Assembly: GCA_046292385.1 (NCBI GenBank)
Contig: JBKBRF010000018.1
Span: 32,001-96,000 of the forward strand
From: Armatimonadota bacterium
GTDB lineage: Bacteria > Armatimonadota > SYMT01
Direction: 5' to 3'
Length of the DNA stretch: 64,000 nucleotides
Made by a program: the position numbers and the translations under genes. Each line of letters opens with the position of its first letter. Position 1 is the first letter of the stretch. A model generated the notes under the pieces. It made no database searches, was not told the DNA's origin, and saw only the letters and a program-made list of their open reading frames with translations. Shown here one piece after another: positions 30,016 through 40,410 of the stretch.

Positions 30016-31125
30016 ATGAAGACCCCCGCAGCCGTTCTGTATGGTCTGAACCAGCCGTTCGTGGTGGAAGAAGTGGAGCTGGACCCGCCCGGCTCCGGCG
30101 AGGTGCTGGTGGAGATGGCCGGCGGCGGGATCTGCCACAGCGACTGGCACGTGGTCGACGGCGTGATCCCGAAGCCGCAGCCGATCATCCTGGGCCACGA
30201 AGGCTCGGCGCGGGTGCTGGAGTGCGGGCCGAACGTCTCGCTGGTGAAGGCGGGCGATCCGGTGGTGCTCTCGTTTCTGCCGGAGTGCGGCGCCTGCTAC
30301 CAGTGCATGCGGGGCAAGGCGAACCTGTGCGATGGCTCCATGCAGTTCCGCAGCGGCGTGCTGGCGGACGGCACCACCCGCTTCCACCGCAACGGGACCC
30401 GCATCCACCACTACAACGGCGTCTCGTCGTTTGCCCAGTATGCGGTCGTGCCGGAGCGCGCGTGTGTGCCGATCGATCCGCGGGTGCCGCTCGACAAGGC
30501 GGCGCTGATCGGCTGCGCGGTGAGCACCGGGGTCGGTGCGGTCATCTTCAGCGCCAACGTGCTCCCGGGCTCCACCATGGCAGTCTTCGGGGCCGGCGGC
30601 GTGGGGCTGAACACGGTCCAGGGCGGCGCGCTGGTGAACGCCACGCGGGTGATCGCGGTCGACGTGAACCCGAACAAGCTGGCGATGGCGCGCCAGTTCG
30701 GCGCCACCGACACGGTCGACGCCCGGGAGCAGGACCCGGTGCAGGCGATCCTGGAGCTGACCGGCGGCCGGGGTGTCGACTACGCCTTCGAGGCGATCGG
30801 CCGGCCGGAGACGGTCCGGCAGGCGTTCGAGTCGCTCGGCAAGGGCGGCACGGCGGTCGCCATCGGCATCGGCTCGAAAGACGCCTGCATCGAGATCCCG
30901 CCGCAGCACCTGGTCTACGGCGAGCGGCGCCTCGTCGGCTGCTTCTACGGCTCCGCCCGACCCCGCGCCGACTTCGCCCGCTTTGCCGACCTCTACCTCG
31001 CCGGCCGGCTGAAGCTGGACCAGCTCGTGACCCGGGAGTGGGGTCTCTCCGAGATCAACGAGGCGTTCCGCGCGATGAACGCCGGCGAGGTCGCGCGGGG
31101 GATCATCAACCGGTATACCGCGTAG
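30016..31125 (+). CDS. Zinc-dependent alcohol dehydrogenase (class III-like MDR)
   Basis: GICHSD, GHEG, CGACYQC...C structural zinc, GAGGVG. Confidence 0.93.
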   Translation: MKTPAAVLYGLNQPFVVEEVELDPPGSGEVLVEMAGGGICHSDWHVVDGVIPKPQPIILGHEGSARVLECGPNVSLVKAGDPVVLSFLPECGACYQCMRGKANLCDGSMQFRSGVLADGTTRFHRNGTRIHHYNGVSSFAQYAVVPERACVPIDPRVPLDKAALIGCAVSTGVGAVIFSANVLPGSTMAVFGAGGVGLNTVQGGALVNATRVIAVDVNPNKLAMARQFGATDTVDAREQDPVQAILELTGGRGVDYAFEAIGRPETVRQAFESLGKGGTAVAIGIGSKDACIEIPPQHLVYGERRLVGCFYGSARPRADFARFADLYLAGRLKLDQLVTREWGLSEINEAFRAMNAGEVARGIINRYTA

Positions 31126-31139
31126 GGTCGGGGGTCGGG

Positions 31140-31306
31140 GAGAGCTTGCTTCGTCGCTCGGCCGCGAGGCATTGAAATACCTCGCTGGAAGGCCTGCGGC
31201 CAAGCGTCCTCCGGACGCCCAAACCAGGCCTTCTCAGTCCGCGAAGGCGGTCCCCCGTCCGGGGGATAAAACTTCGTGCCGTGGTTGCCGCGGTTTCAAC
31301 CGCCCG
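31140..31306. repeat. Composite REP-like element shared with 63220-63348
   Basis: ACTTCGTGCCGTGGTTGCCGCGGTTTCAACCGCCCG identical at 31271-31306 and 63313-63348; GGCCAAGCGTCCTC.GGACGCC at ~31199 and ~63259. Confidence 0.8.
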
Positions 31307-32264
31307 CCGGAACCCCCTTCCACGGGTCGATCCCCTGCTCCAGGCGCCCCGGCACCGTCTCGATCGTAAAGTCGCCCAGCTCGGCACCGGCCTCCAGCTC
31401 CTCCCACGACAGCGGACAGGAGACGGTGGCGCCGGGCTTAGCGCGGACGCTGTACGGGCTGGCGGCGCTCTTGCCGAGGGCGTTCTGCTCCGCGTCGACG
31501 TAGACCTGACCTTTCTCCCGCTGGGCGAGGGAGCGCTCCACCGTCGCCAGCTTCGGGTTCGCCGCGGCGACGGCGCCCGCGACCTCGACCGCGAGCGCGT
31601 GGGAGGCCCCGTAGGTGGCGCCGGGCTCCAGCCGGACGTAGACGTGCAGCCCGCGGGAGCCGGAGGTCTTGAGATACGGCCGCAGCCCGCGCCGGTACAG
31701 CTCCTCCCGGACGAGCTGGGCCACGCGGACGATCGTCTTCCAGGTCGCGTCGTGCGGGTCGAGGTCGAGCACGAGCCAGTCGGGCTGCTCCAGGCGCTCC
31801 ACCCGGCTGTGCCACGGGTGCTGCTCCACCGTCCCCAGGTTGACCAGGTAGAGGAGCGAGGCCGCGGAGCCGTAGACGGCGTAATCGATCTCCCGCCCCT
31901 GCTCGCTCGTGAGCCGCGCCACCGGCAGGAACTCGGGGCCGGACTCGAGGTCGTGCTGGAAGAACGGCGGGAAGCCGACCCCGCGCGGGTACCGCTTCAG
32001 GATCGCGGGCCGCCCCTCCAGGTACGGCAGGATCGCCCCGGCGATCCGCAGGTAGTACTGGAGCAGGTGCCCCTTGGTGATCCCCTCCTTCTTCCAGTAG
32101 ACGCGGCCGAGGCTGGTGAGCGCGACCCGCTCCTCCCCCAGCGCCAGCACCAGGTCGCCCCGCGGGCACTCCTGCGCCAGGAACTCCTCCGGGGAGATCG
32201 CCCCTTCCGCCGGCGGCATCGGCGTCCGCTCGATCTTCCCCGGCTGAACCTTGTTTCCCGCCAT
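31296..32264 (-). CDS. Stand-alone LigD-type polymerase (AEP primase-polymerase) domain
   Basis: [49 protein letters not shown]. Confidence 0.92.
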   Translation of the reverse strand: MAGNKVQPGKIERTPMPPAEGAISPEEFLAQECPRGDLVLALGEERVALTSLGRVYWKKEGITKGHLLQYYLRIAGAILPYLEGRPAILKRYPRGVGFPPFFQHDLESGPEFLPVARLTSEQGREIDYAVYGSAASLLYLVNLGTVEQHPWHSRVERLEQPDWLVLDLDPHDATWKTIVRVAQLVREELYRRGLRPYLKTSGSRGLHVYVRLEPGATYGASHALAVEVAGAVAAANPKLATVERSLAQREKGQVYVDAEQNALGKSAASPYSVRAKPGATVSCPLSWEELEAGAELGDFTIETVPGRLEQGIDPWKGVPAGG

Positions 32265-32395
32265 CGCTGCGCCTCCCGCTTCGGGCTACCCCCGGTCGAA
32301 CGGCGGGAAACCGGGCGCAAAAAGGAGAGGGGGCCGGAAGGATACCTCCTCCCGACCCCCTCTGCGTCCTCAGCGCTCTCTGCGGTGAACGGACT

Positions 32396-35266
32396 CTAAC
32401 CGCAGCCGCTGGTGGCGCCGCAGTTGTCGCAGCGGTAGCAGGCGCCGGCGCGGACCATGATCATCCCGCACTCGCTGCACGGCGGGGCGTCTTCCTGCAG
32501 CTTGGCGACGCTGTGCAGCAGGTCCATCTTGTCGACCGGGTGCACGTGGCCGTTTCCGTTGCCGTTCACGTGACCGTTCGTGCCGTTCGCGTGCTTGCTG
32601 ACCGGCGCGTCCTCGGCCTTCTTCGCCGCTTCGACCATCGTCATCTCTTCCTGCGGCTGCTCTTCGCGGTCGAGGAACCGGCCGCCGAGCCAGCGGAAGA
32701 TGTAGTCCATGATCGACTTCGCGAACGGGATGTCGCGGTTGTTGGTCCAGCCGGACGGCTCAAAGCGCATGTGGCTGAACTTCCGCACCAGCACTTCCAG
32801 CGGCACGCCGTACTGCAGCGCCAGGCTCACGCTGGTGGCGAAGGCGTCCATCAGGCCGGAGATGACGCTGCCTTCCTTCGACATCGTGACGAAGATCTCG
32901 CCCGGCATCCCGTCCTCGTAGAGGCCCACGTGGAGGTAACCCTCGTGGCCGGCGATGCTGAACTTGTGCGTCACGCTGTTGCGCTCGTCCGGCAGGCGGC
33001 GGCGGTACGGCTTCGCGGGGAGCTGCGCCACCGCCTGGACCACCACTTCCGCGGCCGCGCCCTCCGGCTTCTTCTTCGCCAGCGCCGTGGAGAGCGGCTG
33101 GGTCCGCTTGCTGTTGTCGCGGTAGATGGCGATAGCCTTCAGTCCCAGCTTCCAGGCCTGGTAGTAGGCGTCCGCGATCTCCTCGGCGGTCGCCTCCTCC
33201 GGCACGTTCACCGTCTTGGAGATGGCGCCGGAGAGGAACGGCTGCGCCGCCGCCATCATGCGCACGTGGCCCATGTGGTGGATCGAGCGGGTGCCGTTCT
33301 GCGGCCGGAACGCGCAGTCGAACACCGGCAGGTGCTCTTCCTTCAGGTCCGGAGAGCCCTCGATGGTGCCGTGCTCCTCAATGTACTCCACGATCCGGGA
33401 GATCGCCTCGCCGTCGTAGCCCAGCTTCAGGAGCGCCTTCGGCACCGTCTGGTTGACGATCTTCAGCACGCCGCCGCCGACCAGCGTCTTGTACTTCACG
33501 AGCGCGATGTCCGGCTCGATGCCGGTGGTGTCGCAGTCCATCATGAAGGCGATGGTGCCGGTCGGCGCGAGTACGGTCGCCTGGCTATTGCGGAACCCGT
33601 ACAGCTCCCCCAGCTCCAGCGCGTCGTCCCACACTTCGCGGGCGGCGGCGCCGAGCGTCTCCGGCAGCAGGGAGTGGTCGATCTCCTCCACCGCGTCCCG
33701 GTGCATGGAGATCACGTCGAGCATCGGCTCCCGGTTGCGGCGGTAGCCCGCGAACGGCCCCAGGTGCGCCGCGATCTTGGCCGACTGCCGGTAAGCGGAG
33801 CCGGTCATCACCGCGGTCAGGACGCCGGCCAGCGCGCGGCCCTCGTCACTGTCGTACGGATGGCCCAGTGCCATCAGCAGCGCGCCGAGGTTGGCATAGC
33901 CGAGGCCGAGCGGCCGGTAGTCGTGGCTGTTCTCCTCGATCTTTTCCGTCGGGTAGCTGGCGCGGTCGACCACGATCTCCTGGGCCGTGATCGTCACCTC
34001 GCAGGCGTGGACATAGCCGTCCGCGTCGTAGCTGCCGTCCTCGCGCAGGAACTTCAGCAGGTTGACGGAGGCGAGGTTGCACGCCGTGTCGTCCAGGAAC
34101 ATGTACTCGGAGCACGGGTTGCTGGCGTAGATCCGGTCGGTGTTCTTGCAGGTGTGCCACCGGTTGATGGTGGTGTCGAACTGCATGCCGGGGTCGCCGC
34201 AGACCCAGGTCGACTCGGCGATCTGGCGCAGCACTTCGCGGGCGCTTAGCGCCTGGCACTTCTCGCCGGTCGTCACCAGGCGGGTCCAGTACTCACCGCC
34301 GCGGTCCGCCGCCTGCATGAACTCGTCGGTCACGCGGACGCTGTGGTTGGCGTTCTGGAAGAAGACGCTGTCATAGGCGCCGCCGGGCACGTTGAAGCCG
34401 CCGTCGTAGCCCGCCTCGATGAGGGCCCACGCCTTCTTCTCCTCGTCCGACTTGGAGTTGACGAACTCCAGGACGTCCGGGTGGTCGACGTTCAGGATCA
34501 CCATCTTCGCCGCGCGGCGGGTCTTACCGCCGCTCTTGATCACGCCGGCGAAGGCGTCGTACCCCTTCATGAAGGAGACCGGACCGCTGGCGACGCCGCC
34601 GCCGCTGAGCCGCTCCTTGCTGGAGCGGATCCGGGAGAGATTGCTGCCCGCGCCGGAGCCGCCCTTGAAGAGGCGCGCTTCGGTAGCGGCGAGCCGCATG
34701 ATGCTCTCCATGTTGTCGTCCACGGAGTTGATGAAGCAGGCGCTGCACTGCGGGCGCGGGTTGTCCTTCAGGCCCACGTTGAACCAGACCGGGCTGTTGA
34801 ACGCCATCTTCTGGTGCAGCAGCAGGTGCGTGAGCTCGGCGTGGAAGATGTCGCCGTCCTCTTCCGTGGCGAAGTAACCGCCGTCCCGCCCCCACTGGGT
34901 GATCGTGTCCGCCACGCGGGAGATGAGCTGCTTCACGCTTCGCTCGCGCTCCGGATCGTCCAGGTGGCCGCGGAAGTACTTGGAGACGACCACCTTGGTC
35001 GCCTGCTGGCTCCAGAAGGCGGGGATCTCCACGTCCCGCTGCTCGAACACCTTCTCCCCGCCCTCGCCGCTGATCGTAGCGGAGCGGAGCTCCCACTCCA
35101 CCTCGTCGAACGGGTGGACGCCCGCCTGGGTGAAGCGGCGCTGGAAGGTGAGGCCGCGGAGGTTCTGTTCGTCTCCCCCGCCGCGGCGCCCGCGGCGTCG
35201 GGAGCTATTGCGAGGCTTGCCCTCGGAGGCGCGGGCCGCGCCGAGTCTGTCTTCCGTGACTGCCAT
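32396..35266 (-). CDS. nrdJ: Vitamin B12-dependent class II ribonucleotide reductase with C-terminal TSCPD/zinc-ribbon region
   Basis: QCSACFI, SNPCSEY, ACNLAS, APTGTI, AISKTVN; terminal CSECG...CDNCGATSGCG. Confidence 0.95.
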   Translation of the reverse strand: MAVTEDRLGAARASEGKPRNSSRRRGRRGGGDEQNLRGLTFQRRFTQAGVHPFDEVEWELRSATISGEGGEKVFEQRDVEIPAFWSQQATKVVVSKYFRGHLDDPERERSVKQLISRVADTITQWGRDGGYFATEEDGDIFHAELTHLLLHQKMAFNSPVWFNVGLKDNPRPQCSACFINSVDDNMESIMRLAATEARLFKGGSGAGSNLSRIRSSKERLSGGGVASGPVSFMKGYDAFAGVIKSGGKTRRAAKMVILNVDHPDVLEFVNSKSDEEKKAWALIEAGYDGGFNVPGGAYDSVFFQNANHSVRVTDEFMQAADRGGEYWTRLVTTGEKCQALSAREVLRQIAESTWVCGDPGMQFDTTINRWHTCKNTDRIYASNPCSEYMFLDDTACNLASVNLLKFLREDGSYDADGYVHACEVTITAQEIVVDRASYPTEKIEENSHDYRPLGLGYANLGALLMALGHPYDSDEGRALAGVLTAVMTGSAYRQSAKIAAHLGPFAGYRRNREPMLDVISMHRDAVEEIDHSLLPETLGAAAREVWDDALELGELYGFRNSQATVLAPTGTIAFMMDCDTTGIEPDIALVKYKTLVGGGVLKIVNQTVPKALLKLGYDGEAISRIVEYIEEHGTIEGSPDLKEEHLPVFDCAFRPQNGTRSIHHMGHVRMMAAAQPFLSGAISKTVNVPEEATAEEIADAYYQAWKLGLKAIAIYRDNSKRTQPLSTALAKKKPEGAAAEVVVQAVAQLPAKPYRRRLPDERNSVTHKFSIAGHEGYLHVGLYEDGMPGEIFVTMSKEGSVISGLMDAFATSVSLALQYGVPLEVLVRKFSHMRFEPSGWTNNRDIPFAKSIMDYIFRWLGGRFLDREEQPQEEMTMVEAAKKAEDAPVSKHANGTNGHVNGNGNGHVHPVDKMDLLHSVAKLQEDAPPCSECGMIMVRAGACYRCDNCGATSGCG

Positions 35267-35338
35267 AAAGGAGCCTTTCGTAGCTTATTAAGAGGCCGTG
35301 TTCTTCACGGCGTTTGCAGCATTGCGGCGCGTCGAACA

Positions 35339-35386
35339 CGCCGCCATCTGGTGGGCTAGGAGCGCGTAGCACCCCACAGGTAGTGG
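35339..35386. promoter_or_regulatory. Pair of NrdR boxes upstream of nrdJ
   Basis: CGCCGCCATCTGGTGG (35339-35354) and ACCCCACAGGTAGTGG (35371-35386), 32 bp apart, resembling acaCwAtATaTwGtgt. Confidence 0.6.
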
Positions 35387-35466
35387 TCGGCATCTCCGCT
35401 CGTTGCTTACCGGCCGATTTAGGACCGGAAACCGATTTCGTTCGTCCGAGGGGCTGTTTCGTCCGG

Positions 35467-35979
35467 CTAAGCCGGCTCCGACCCGCCTCGTCGTGCCTGG
35501 CGGCGCCCACCGGGGCGCCCTCGTCTGGATTCCGGACGCAGGACGTCGAGCAGCTCGTGGAACTGCGTCAGGTCCTGGAAGTCCCGGTAGACCGATGCAA
35601 ATCGCACGTAGGCCACCGGGTCGATGCCGCGCAGGGCATCCATCACCATCTCTCCCACCACCGCGGCCTGGACCTCATGCTCGCCGCGATCGTAGAGATC
35701 TCGCTCGATCTGGTCGACGATCCCCTCCAGCGTCTCCTGGCTGACCGGCCGCTTGCGGGCTGCCAGCTCCAGGCCGCGGAGCACCTTCTGACGGTCGAAG
35801 CTCTCCCTCCGGCCGTCCTTCTTCACCACCTTCACCCGCCGCTCGTCGATCTGCTCGTACGTGGTATAGCGGCGCCCGCACCCCAGGCATTCCCGGCGGC
35901 GCTTGATCGCCTCGCCCTCCCGCACCATGCGGGACTCCAGGACTCGGTCTTCCAGGAATTGACAGAATGGGCACTTCAC
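35467..35979 (-). CDS. nrdR: Transcriptional repressor NrdR
   Basis: (M)KCPFC...RRRECLGCGRRYTTYE, ATP-cone VVKKDGRRESFD, VAYVRFASVY; GTG start at 35979. Confidence 0.96.
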   Translation of the reverse strand: MKCPFCQFLEDRVLESRMVREGEAIKRRRECLGCGRRYTTYEQIDERRVKVVKKDGRRESFDRQKVLRGLELAARKRPVSQETLEGIVDQIERDLYDRGEHEVQAAVVGEMVMDALRGIDPVAYVRFASVYRDFQDLTQFHELLDVLRPESRRGRPGGRRQARRGGSEPA

Positions 35980-36037
35980 GGCAAGGGGTGAGACGGGCCA
36001 CTGAACCGCCGCCGCCACTTACTTGTTCGGCAGGCTG

Positions 36038-36084
36038 GCGCTACATGTAGCAGGCGATTCTCAGCACCGCACTACATCTGGTGT
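36038..36084. promoter_or_regulatory. Pair of NrdR boxes upstream of nrdR
   Basis: GCGCTACATGTAGCAG (36038-36053) and GCACTACATCTGGTGT (36069-36084), 31 bp apart. Confidence 0.75.
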
Positions 36085-36460
36085 GAAAAGTCTATACCAC
36101 CCCGCGCCGGAAGCCAACCTCTTTTTGCTCGCGGAGCGGGCGGGCGCGGTTCGGCCGGGGCGCCGCGGGAGCCGTCCGGCCGGCGTCCTCGCCCGGCAGG
36201 TATGCCCTATGTCCGGCCCCCCGTACCGGCACTCCTGCCGGGCTCCCGGAGCCCCACGCGTAGCCGGAGGAGAGAAAGATTGAGAACCCGATTCGCCGCG
36301 GCGGAACTCGTGCGTGAACGTACGCTCCGGTAACCTCTTGTTACGATTCCTGGTCCGGTTAGGAGGCCGCGGCGGCGCTCCCGGGCGGTTTTCCGCTCTG
36401 GTCCGAGATTGAGGGTGAGCCGGCCCGGAGACCGGGTAAACCTGCGGTTGGAGGACCGGG

Positions 36461-37735
36461 ATGCGGCGCGAGCGAGCCTTTCAGCTATTGGAGATGTTCG
36501 AGGTCCCGATCATCGGGGGCCGTTGGCTGCTCGTGGCAGCGGCCGCCGTGGAGACCGTACTGGTCTACTTCAGTGAAACGCTCTCCACGCAGGCAATCAC
36601 CGCGCTGGTGCTCCTGGCGATCTACAGCGCGATCTCGCTGGTGGCGGTGCACCGGCTCGACCTCCGCCGCGTGCCCCTGGGATTGATGCTGCTGCTGGAC
36701 CTCGTCTTCGTGGCGCTGGTGGCGGAGTACACCGGACGGGCCCACAGCCCCTTCCTGGGGCAGTACTTCCTCATCATCTTCGCCGGGGCGCTCTTCTACG
36801 GACTTAGGGGTGGGGTCCTGGTCGGCTCCCTCGCTTCGGTGGCGACGCTGATCCTTGCGTGGAGGGACCCGGGTGGCATGTCGAGTGAGATCCGGGATCT
36901 CGTTCCTTACTTCCCTATCAGCGGCCTCTTCACCGGGTACCTAGTTGACCGCCTGCGGGCGTCGGTCCGCCGCTATCAGGAGACGCTCGACCTTACGCGC
37001 GAGGCGGATGTGCGGGAGGAGGGCGTGCGACGGGACATGAAGCTGGCCCGGAGGATGCAGGAAGCCACGCTCCCCAAGGCGCTTCCGCAGCGCGCCCCGT
37101 TCGAGATCGCCGCGCGGTTCGAGCCGGCGCGGGAAGTGGGCGGCGACTTCTACCAGTTCCTCCAGTCGGAGCAAGTCCTGGGCGTCGTCATCGGGGACGT
37201 CGCCGGAAAGGGGGTCCAGGCGGCGCTCGCCTCGACCAGCATCGGGCACCTGTTCCCGTGGCTGCGCCCGCTGGATGACCCGGCCCGGGCCCTGGAGGAT
37301 TTGAACCGCGACCTCGTCGAGCGTCTTCCCCGGGAAGCGTTCGCCAGCCTCACCCTGGCGGAGTTGCTGCCGGAGCCGGGGGTAATCCGGCTCTGGAACG
37401 CGGGCCATCCGCCCGCGATGCTCTGGAGTGCCGGGACGAAGCAGGTATCGGAAGCCCAGGTCTTCAACCTGCTGCTCGGCATCGCCGCGGAACGCTCCTA
37501 CACCTCGGAGACCCTGCCGTTCGGGCCCGGCGACGTGCTGCTCCTGTACTCCGACGGGCTGATCGAAGCTCCGAACGAGCGGGGCGAGCAGTTTGAAACC
37601 GAGCGCGTCGCCGAGTGTCTGTCCGGCTCAGCCGGGGAGCCGGCCGAGGCGATTGCCGAGAGCCTGATCCGCGCCGTCACCGGCTGGGGAACCGTGATCG
37701 ACGACCTGACCGTGGTAGTAGTCAAGCACCTCTGA
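36461..37735 (+). CDS. Membrane-bound PP2C/SpoIIE (RsbU-like) phosphatase
   Basis: N-terminal TM helices; VGGDFY, GDVAGKG, NAGHPP, LYSDGLIE, DDLT. Confidence 0.92.
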   Translation: MRRERAFQLLEMFEVPIIGGRWLLVAAAAVETVLVYFSETLSTQAITALVLLAIYSAISLVAVHRLDLRRVPLGLMLLLDLVFVALVAEYTGRAHSPFLGQYFLIIFAGALFYGLRGGVLVGSLASVATLILAWRDPGGMSSEIRDLVPYFPISGLFTGYLVDRLRASVRRYQETLDLTREADVREEGVRRDMKLARRMQEATLPKALPQRAPFEIAARFEPAREVGGDFYQFLQSEQVLGVVIGDVAGKGVQAALASTSIGHLFPWLRPLDDPARALEDLNRDLVERLPREAFASLTLAELLPEPGVIRLWNAGHPPAMLWSAGTKQVSEAQVFNLLLGIAAERSYTSETLPFGPGDVLLLYSDGLIEAPNERGEQFETERVAECLSGSAGEPAEAIAESLIRAVTGWGTVIDDLTVVVVKHL

Positions 37736-37785
37736 GCCGTGCTTTCGTGCGGCAGAAGCAGGGAAATCGGATCCGCTCGCGGCAA

Positions 37786-37814
37786 TTGACCTGCCCAGAA
37801 CGCCTATCTATAAT
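37786..37814 (+). promoter_or_regulatory. Sigma70-type promoter of topA
   Basis: TTGACC-17 nt-TATAAT. Confidence 0.75.
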
Positions 37815-37948
37815 GACCCGACACGCTTGGAGCCCCGGTTCCAGGCGTCAAGCTCCCGACATTTTTCCGCCGGATCTAAGATCCGGATGGCCGATCTGAC
37901 CCGGCCGGTACCGGCCCGTGCCGCCGCCGCGAGCACCCGGAGGTTCTG

Positions 37949-40363
37949 ATGTCCAAGACCGCCAGGCAAAAAGACCTGATCATCGTCGAGTCTCCCGCCA
38001 AGACGAAGACGCTCGCCTCTTTCCTGGGGAACAACTACGACATCCGCGCCTCCATGGGGCACGTCCGCGATCTGCCGAAGAGCAAGATCGGAGTCGACGT
38101 GGAGCACGGGTTCGAGCCGAGCTACACCACGATCCCGGAGCGGCGCAACGTCATCTCCGAGCTGAAGAAGGCGGCGGAGAACAGCCGCACCGTCTACCTC
38201 GCCTCCGACCCGGACCGCGAGGGAGAGGCGATCGCCTGGCACCTGGCGGAGGTGCTGAAGGCGAAGAACATCCAGCGCATCGAGTTCAACGAGATCACGA
38301 AGCGCGCCGTGCAGGATGCCCTGCAGCACCCGCGGACGATCAACCTCGACCGCGTCAACGCCCAGCAGGCGCGGCGCGTGCTGGACCGGCTCGTCGGCTA
38401 CAAGCTGAGCCCGCTGCTCTGGAAGAAGATCCAGAAGAACCTCTCCGCCGGCCGCGTGCAGAGCGTGGCGCTGCGCCTCGTCGTAGAGCGCGAGCGGGAG
38501 ATCCAGCGCTTCGTCTCGGAGGAGTACTGGTCGCTGGCTGCCCAGCTCACTCCCTCCACCAAAGAGCATCCGTTCCTGGCGCGGCTGGTGCAGGTGGCCG
38601 GCAAGAAGGCGGAGCTGAAGGAGCAGGAGAGCGTCGAGCAGATCGTACAGCGCCTCGGCTACACCATCACGCGCACGGAAGAGGGCAAGTTCGCCGCCGC
38701 CGCGCTCCAGTCGGCCGCCGCGCCGGAGTGGCGCGTCAGCGACGTGCGGCGCAAGGAGCAGAAGCGCAACCCGGCGCCGCCGTTCATCACCAGCACCCTG
38801 CAGCAGGAGGCGGCCCGGAAGCTCGGCTTCAGCGCCCGCCGCGCCATGCAGACCGCCCAGCAGCTCTACGAAGGCGTCGAGCTCGGCGGCCAGGGACACG
38901 TCGGTCTCATTACCTACATGCGAACCGACTCGGTCACCGTCTCGCAGGATGCCCAGGCGGAAGCACGCGACTACATCGCGCAGCGCCACGGCGACCGCTA
39001 CGTGCCGGAGAGCCCGCGGCAGTACAAGGCGCGCAAGGGCGCCCAGGAAGCGCACGAGGCGATCCGCCCCACCTCCGTCTTCCGGACGCCGGACCAGGTT
39101 CGAGAACACCTGACCTCGGATCAGTTCCGGCTCTACCAGCTGATCTGGCTTCGCTTCGTCGCCAGCCAGATGGCCTCCGCGGTGTTCGACGTGACGACAG
39201 TCGACATCTCGGTGCTCGACCTCCTCTTCCGCGCCACCGGCCGGGTCGTCAAGTTCGACGGCTTCATGGCGATCTACACGGAAGGGCGGGACGACCGCAC
39301 CCGCGAGGAGCAGGAAGAGGACGACGACGAAGGCCGCACCCTGCCGGCGCTCTCCGAAAGCGATCTCCTGCGGCTGCTGCAGCTCCTGCCGGGACAGCAC
39401 TTCACCGAGCCGCCGCCCCGCTTCACCGAAGCGACGCTGGTCCGCGCGCTGGAAGAGAAGGGGATCGGCCGGCCCAGTACCTACGCCCAGATCCTCTCCA
39501 CCATCCTGGACCGCGGCTACGTGCTGCTGGAGGAGAAGCGGTTCAAGCCGACCGACCTCGGCTGCGTGGTGAACGACCAGCTCGTCCGCCACTTCCCGGA
39601 CGTGGTGAGCGCCGACTTTACGGCGAAGATCGAGCAGCACCTGGACGACATCGCCACGGGAGAGCGCGAGTGGGTACAGGTGCTCCAGGAGTTCTACGAT
39701 CCGTTCCAGCACGACCTGGAGCGGGCCGAGACCGAGATGGAGCGCGTGAAGCCGGAAGCGGAAGAGACCGACATCCCCTGTCCGCAGTGCGGGCGGAACA
39801 TGCTGATCCGCTCCAGCCGCTACGGCAAGTTCCTCGGCTGCTCCGGGTTCCCGGAGTGCCGCCACACCATGCAGATGGCGCCGGAAGGCGGTGAGGAAGG
39901 CGCCGAGGAGACGATGGACTGCCCGGACTGCGGCAAGCCGATGCAGAAGCGCCGCGGACGCTTCGGCGAGTTCTGGGGCTGCACCGGCTATCCGGAGTGC
40001 AAGAAGATCGTCGACCCGAAGAAGAAGGACCTGCCCCCGCCGGATCCCGACTTCTCCATGCCCTGCCCGCGCCCCGGCTGCGGCGGCACGGTGACGGCGA
40101 AGCACTCCCGCGCCGGTAAGGTCTTCTACGGCTGCTCCAACTACGCTTCCAAGCCGAAGTGCGACTACGTGGCGTTCTCGCGCCCGCAACCGGACCAGCC
40201 GTGCGAGACATGCGGCTTCCCGAAGGCGGAGCAGGTCTTCCGCGGCCAGAGCAAGGGCTTCAAGTGCACCAACTCCGCCTGCGCGGAGGGTCCGGCGCCC
40301 GCCGCCAAGAAGGCGGGAGGGAAGACGCCTCGCGGCCGGGCGAAGGCTTCGGCTTCCAAGTAA
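37949..40363 (+). CDS. topA: DNA topoisomerase I with C-terminal zinc ribbons
   Basis: IVESPAK, DPDREGE, SAGRVQS, ITYMRTDS, AHEAIRPT, GIGRPSTY. Confidence 0.97.
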   Translation: MSKTARQKDLIIVESPAKTKTLASFLGNNYDIRASMGHVRDLPKSKIGVDVEHGFEPSYTTIPERRNVISELKKAAENSRTVYLASDPDREGEAIAWHLAEVLKAKNIQRIEFNEITKRAVQDALQHPRTINLDRVNAQQARRVLDRLVGYKLSPLLWKKIQKNLSAGRVQSVALRLVVEREREIQRFVSEEYWSLAAQLTPSTKEHPFLARLVQVAGKKAELKEQESVEQIVQRLGYTITRTEEGKFAAAALQSAAAPEWRVSDVRRKEQKRNPAPPFITSTLQQEAARKLGFSARRAMQTAQQLYEGVELGGQGHVGLITYMRTDSVTVSQDAQAEARDYIAQRHGDRYVPESPRQYKARKGAQEAHEAIRPTSVFRTPDQVREHLTSDQFRLYQLIWLRFVASQMASAVFDVTTVDISVLDLLFRATGRVVKFDGFMAIYTEGRDDRTREEQEEDDDEGRTLPALSESDLLRLLQLLPGQHFTEPPPRFTEATLVRALEEKGIGRPSTYAQILSTILDRGYVLLEEKRFKPTDLGCVVNDQLVRHFPDVVSADFTAKIEQHLDDIATGEREWVQVLQEFYDPFQHDLERAETEMERVKPEAEETDIPCPQCGRNMLIRSSRYGKFLGCSGFPECRHTMQMAPEGGEEGAEETMDCPDCGKPMQKRRGRFGEFWGCTGYPECKKIVDPKKKDLPPPDPDFSMPCPRPGCGGTVTAKHSRAGKVFYGCSNYASKPKCDYVAFSRPQPDQPCETCGFPKAEQVFRGQSKGFKCTNSACAEGPAPAAKKAGGKTPRGRAKASASK

Positions 40364-40365
40364 GG

Positions 40366-40410
40366 ATGAGCTTGCGGCCGGGGGCCTCGCGTCCCCGGCC
40401 GTTTCTCATC
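40366..40410 (+). terminator. Terminator-like hairpin after topA
   Basis: CGGCCGGGG/CCCCGGCCG stem followed by TTTCT. Confidence 0.55.

Noticed and set aside
32396..35266. Intein or intron in nrdJ
   Set aside because: Continuous RNR motifs, ordinary length, no splice-junction or homing endonuclease motifs
35267..35466. Cobalamin riboswitch upstream of nrdJ
   Set aside because: No recognisable B12-box motifs; the region is explained by NrdR boxes
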